NCBI RefSeq assembly: GCF_001194135.2
Contig: NC_069008.1
Span: forward strand, 3,780,130-3,813,985
Direction of reading: 5' to 3'
Length of the DNA stretch: 33,856 nt
Source of the DNA: Octopus bimaculoides
Taxonomy: Eukaryota
Shown piece by piece: positions 33,044 to 33,856 of the stretch (positions within the stretch are counted from its first letter, which is position 1; every line of letters begins with the position of its first letter). The notes under the pieces are model-generated. The model saw only the letters and a list, made by a program, of their open reading frames with translations, was not told the origin of the DNA and searched no databases. The position numbers and the translations under genes were made by a program.

Positions 33044-33273
33044 AAGCAACAAGCTGGCAGAATTGTTAGCATGCCAGGCTAAATGCTTAGGGGCATTTGG
33101 TCTGTATTTCTTTTTGGGGGTCAATGATATAAGACCCAATCGAACACTGGGTCAACGTAATCGACTCATCCCTTCCCCTCAAAACTGCTGCCCTTGTAGC
33201 AAAATTTGAAACCGTTATTATCATCATCGTGGAGGCGCAATGGTCCAGTGGTTAGGGCAGCAGACTCGCGGTC
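33044..33273 (+). mobile_element. Family C SINE followed directly by another tRNA-like SINE head
   Basis: gctggcagaattgttagcatgcc...caaaatttgaaacc(att/atc)n, then gtggaggcgcaatggtccagtggttagggcagc. Confidence 0.7.
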
Positions 33274-33406
33274 NNNNNNNNNNAGTAGATGGACAGAGAA
33301 TAAGAGATGAGGAGACAGAGATTTAGAGACAGACAGACTGCAAAATACAGTAAGGGTACATACACATGTCTGTGGAATACTCAACTACTTCCAGCATCAA
33401 TGAGAG

Positions 33407-33453
<47 letters not shown>

Positions 33454-33655
33454 AAGACAGTGATAGAGAGTAAACCAGGAGGAAGGAAGGAAGACAGACA
33501 GACAGACAGACTAGTCATAATGAAAAAAAAAACTTAATTGGAAAAACTGATACCATAGCAACTAAAGAGATGATAAAAAAAAAAATTTTGATAATTATGA
33601 TGACTGTGGTAGTGGTGTGTGTGTCTGTGTATAGACATGTGTGTGTGTGAGTGAG

Positions 33656-33701
33656 ATAATAATTTAAACGAGGAAAGGAGTTTCCTCGTTTAAATTATTA
33701 T
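33656..33701. repeat. Perfect inverted repeat: 21-bp stem, 4-nt loop (GGAG)
   Basis: ataataatttaaacgaggaaa-ggag-tttcctcgtttaaattattat. Confidence 0.95.
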
Positions 33702-33711
33702 TATCATTATA

Positions 33712-33748
<37 letters not shown>

Positions 33749-33749
<1 letters not shown>

Positions 33750-33856
33750 GGTGGTGAGCTGACAGAATTGTTAGCGGGCCAGGTAAAATGATTAGAGGTA
33801 TTTCATTCGTAATTATGTTCTGAGTTCAATTTCCAATGAGGCTGACTTTGCCTTTC
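33749..33856 (+). mobile_element. Family C SINE head running off the window end
   Basis: ggtggtgagctgacagaattgttagc...ttctgagttcaatttcc...gactttgcctttc. Confidence 0.75.

Noticed and set aside
6409-33072. All long ORFs (200-400 aa) in the supplied track
   Set aside because: They are open only because they run through N-gaps (poly-X) or microsatellites; none has a recognisable domain.
5085-33160. ROR/HR3 response elements (WAWNTRGGTCA) for autoregulation
   Set aside because: Scanning by eye found only one-mismatch or worse sites (e.g. about 11256, 27234, 33148), some inside SINEs, which is within chance.

Overview
AT-rich, microsatellite- and SINE-dense animal genomic DNA with 13 N-gaps (about 5.3 kb in total). 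The repeat families and assembly style suggest a coleoid cephalopod, probably Octopus; this is inference from recalled repeat sequences, not a search. The window is almost entirely intronic sequence of one minus-strand gene, a nuclear receptor of the HR3/ROR (NR1F) group. Two coding exons are clear: the second zinc finger (21601..21460) and the C-terminal extension/hinge (2003..1841). They join in frame (MSRD|AVKFGRMSKKQREKVEDEV) across a 19.5 kb intron. The P-box exon and the ligand-binding-domain exons are not visible. The introns contain several tRNA-type SINE families, an RTE-like LINE remnant, piggyBac-like MITEs and many simple repeats. The most notable observations are: a 5S rRNA sequence fused to a SINE tail; a fold-back DNA transposon with an 8-bp TSD and internal (CCCTAA)n inserted in a SINE; a 108-bp-arm fold-back whose five transition mismatches all have the same polarity; a 102-nt pri-miRNA-like hairpin; two tandem 48-nt intron-like units on the antisense strand; and a possible frame-preserving 63-nt cassette exon. 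Repeat boundaries are approximate, and repeat family labels (A, B, C, D, F) are my own. Nearly all ORFs in the supplied track are artefacts of gaps or microsatellites.
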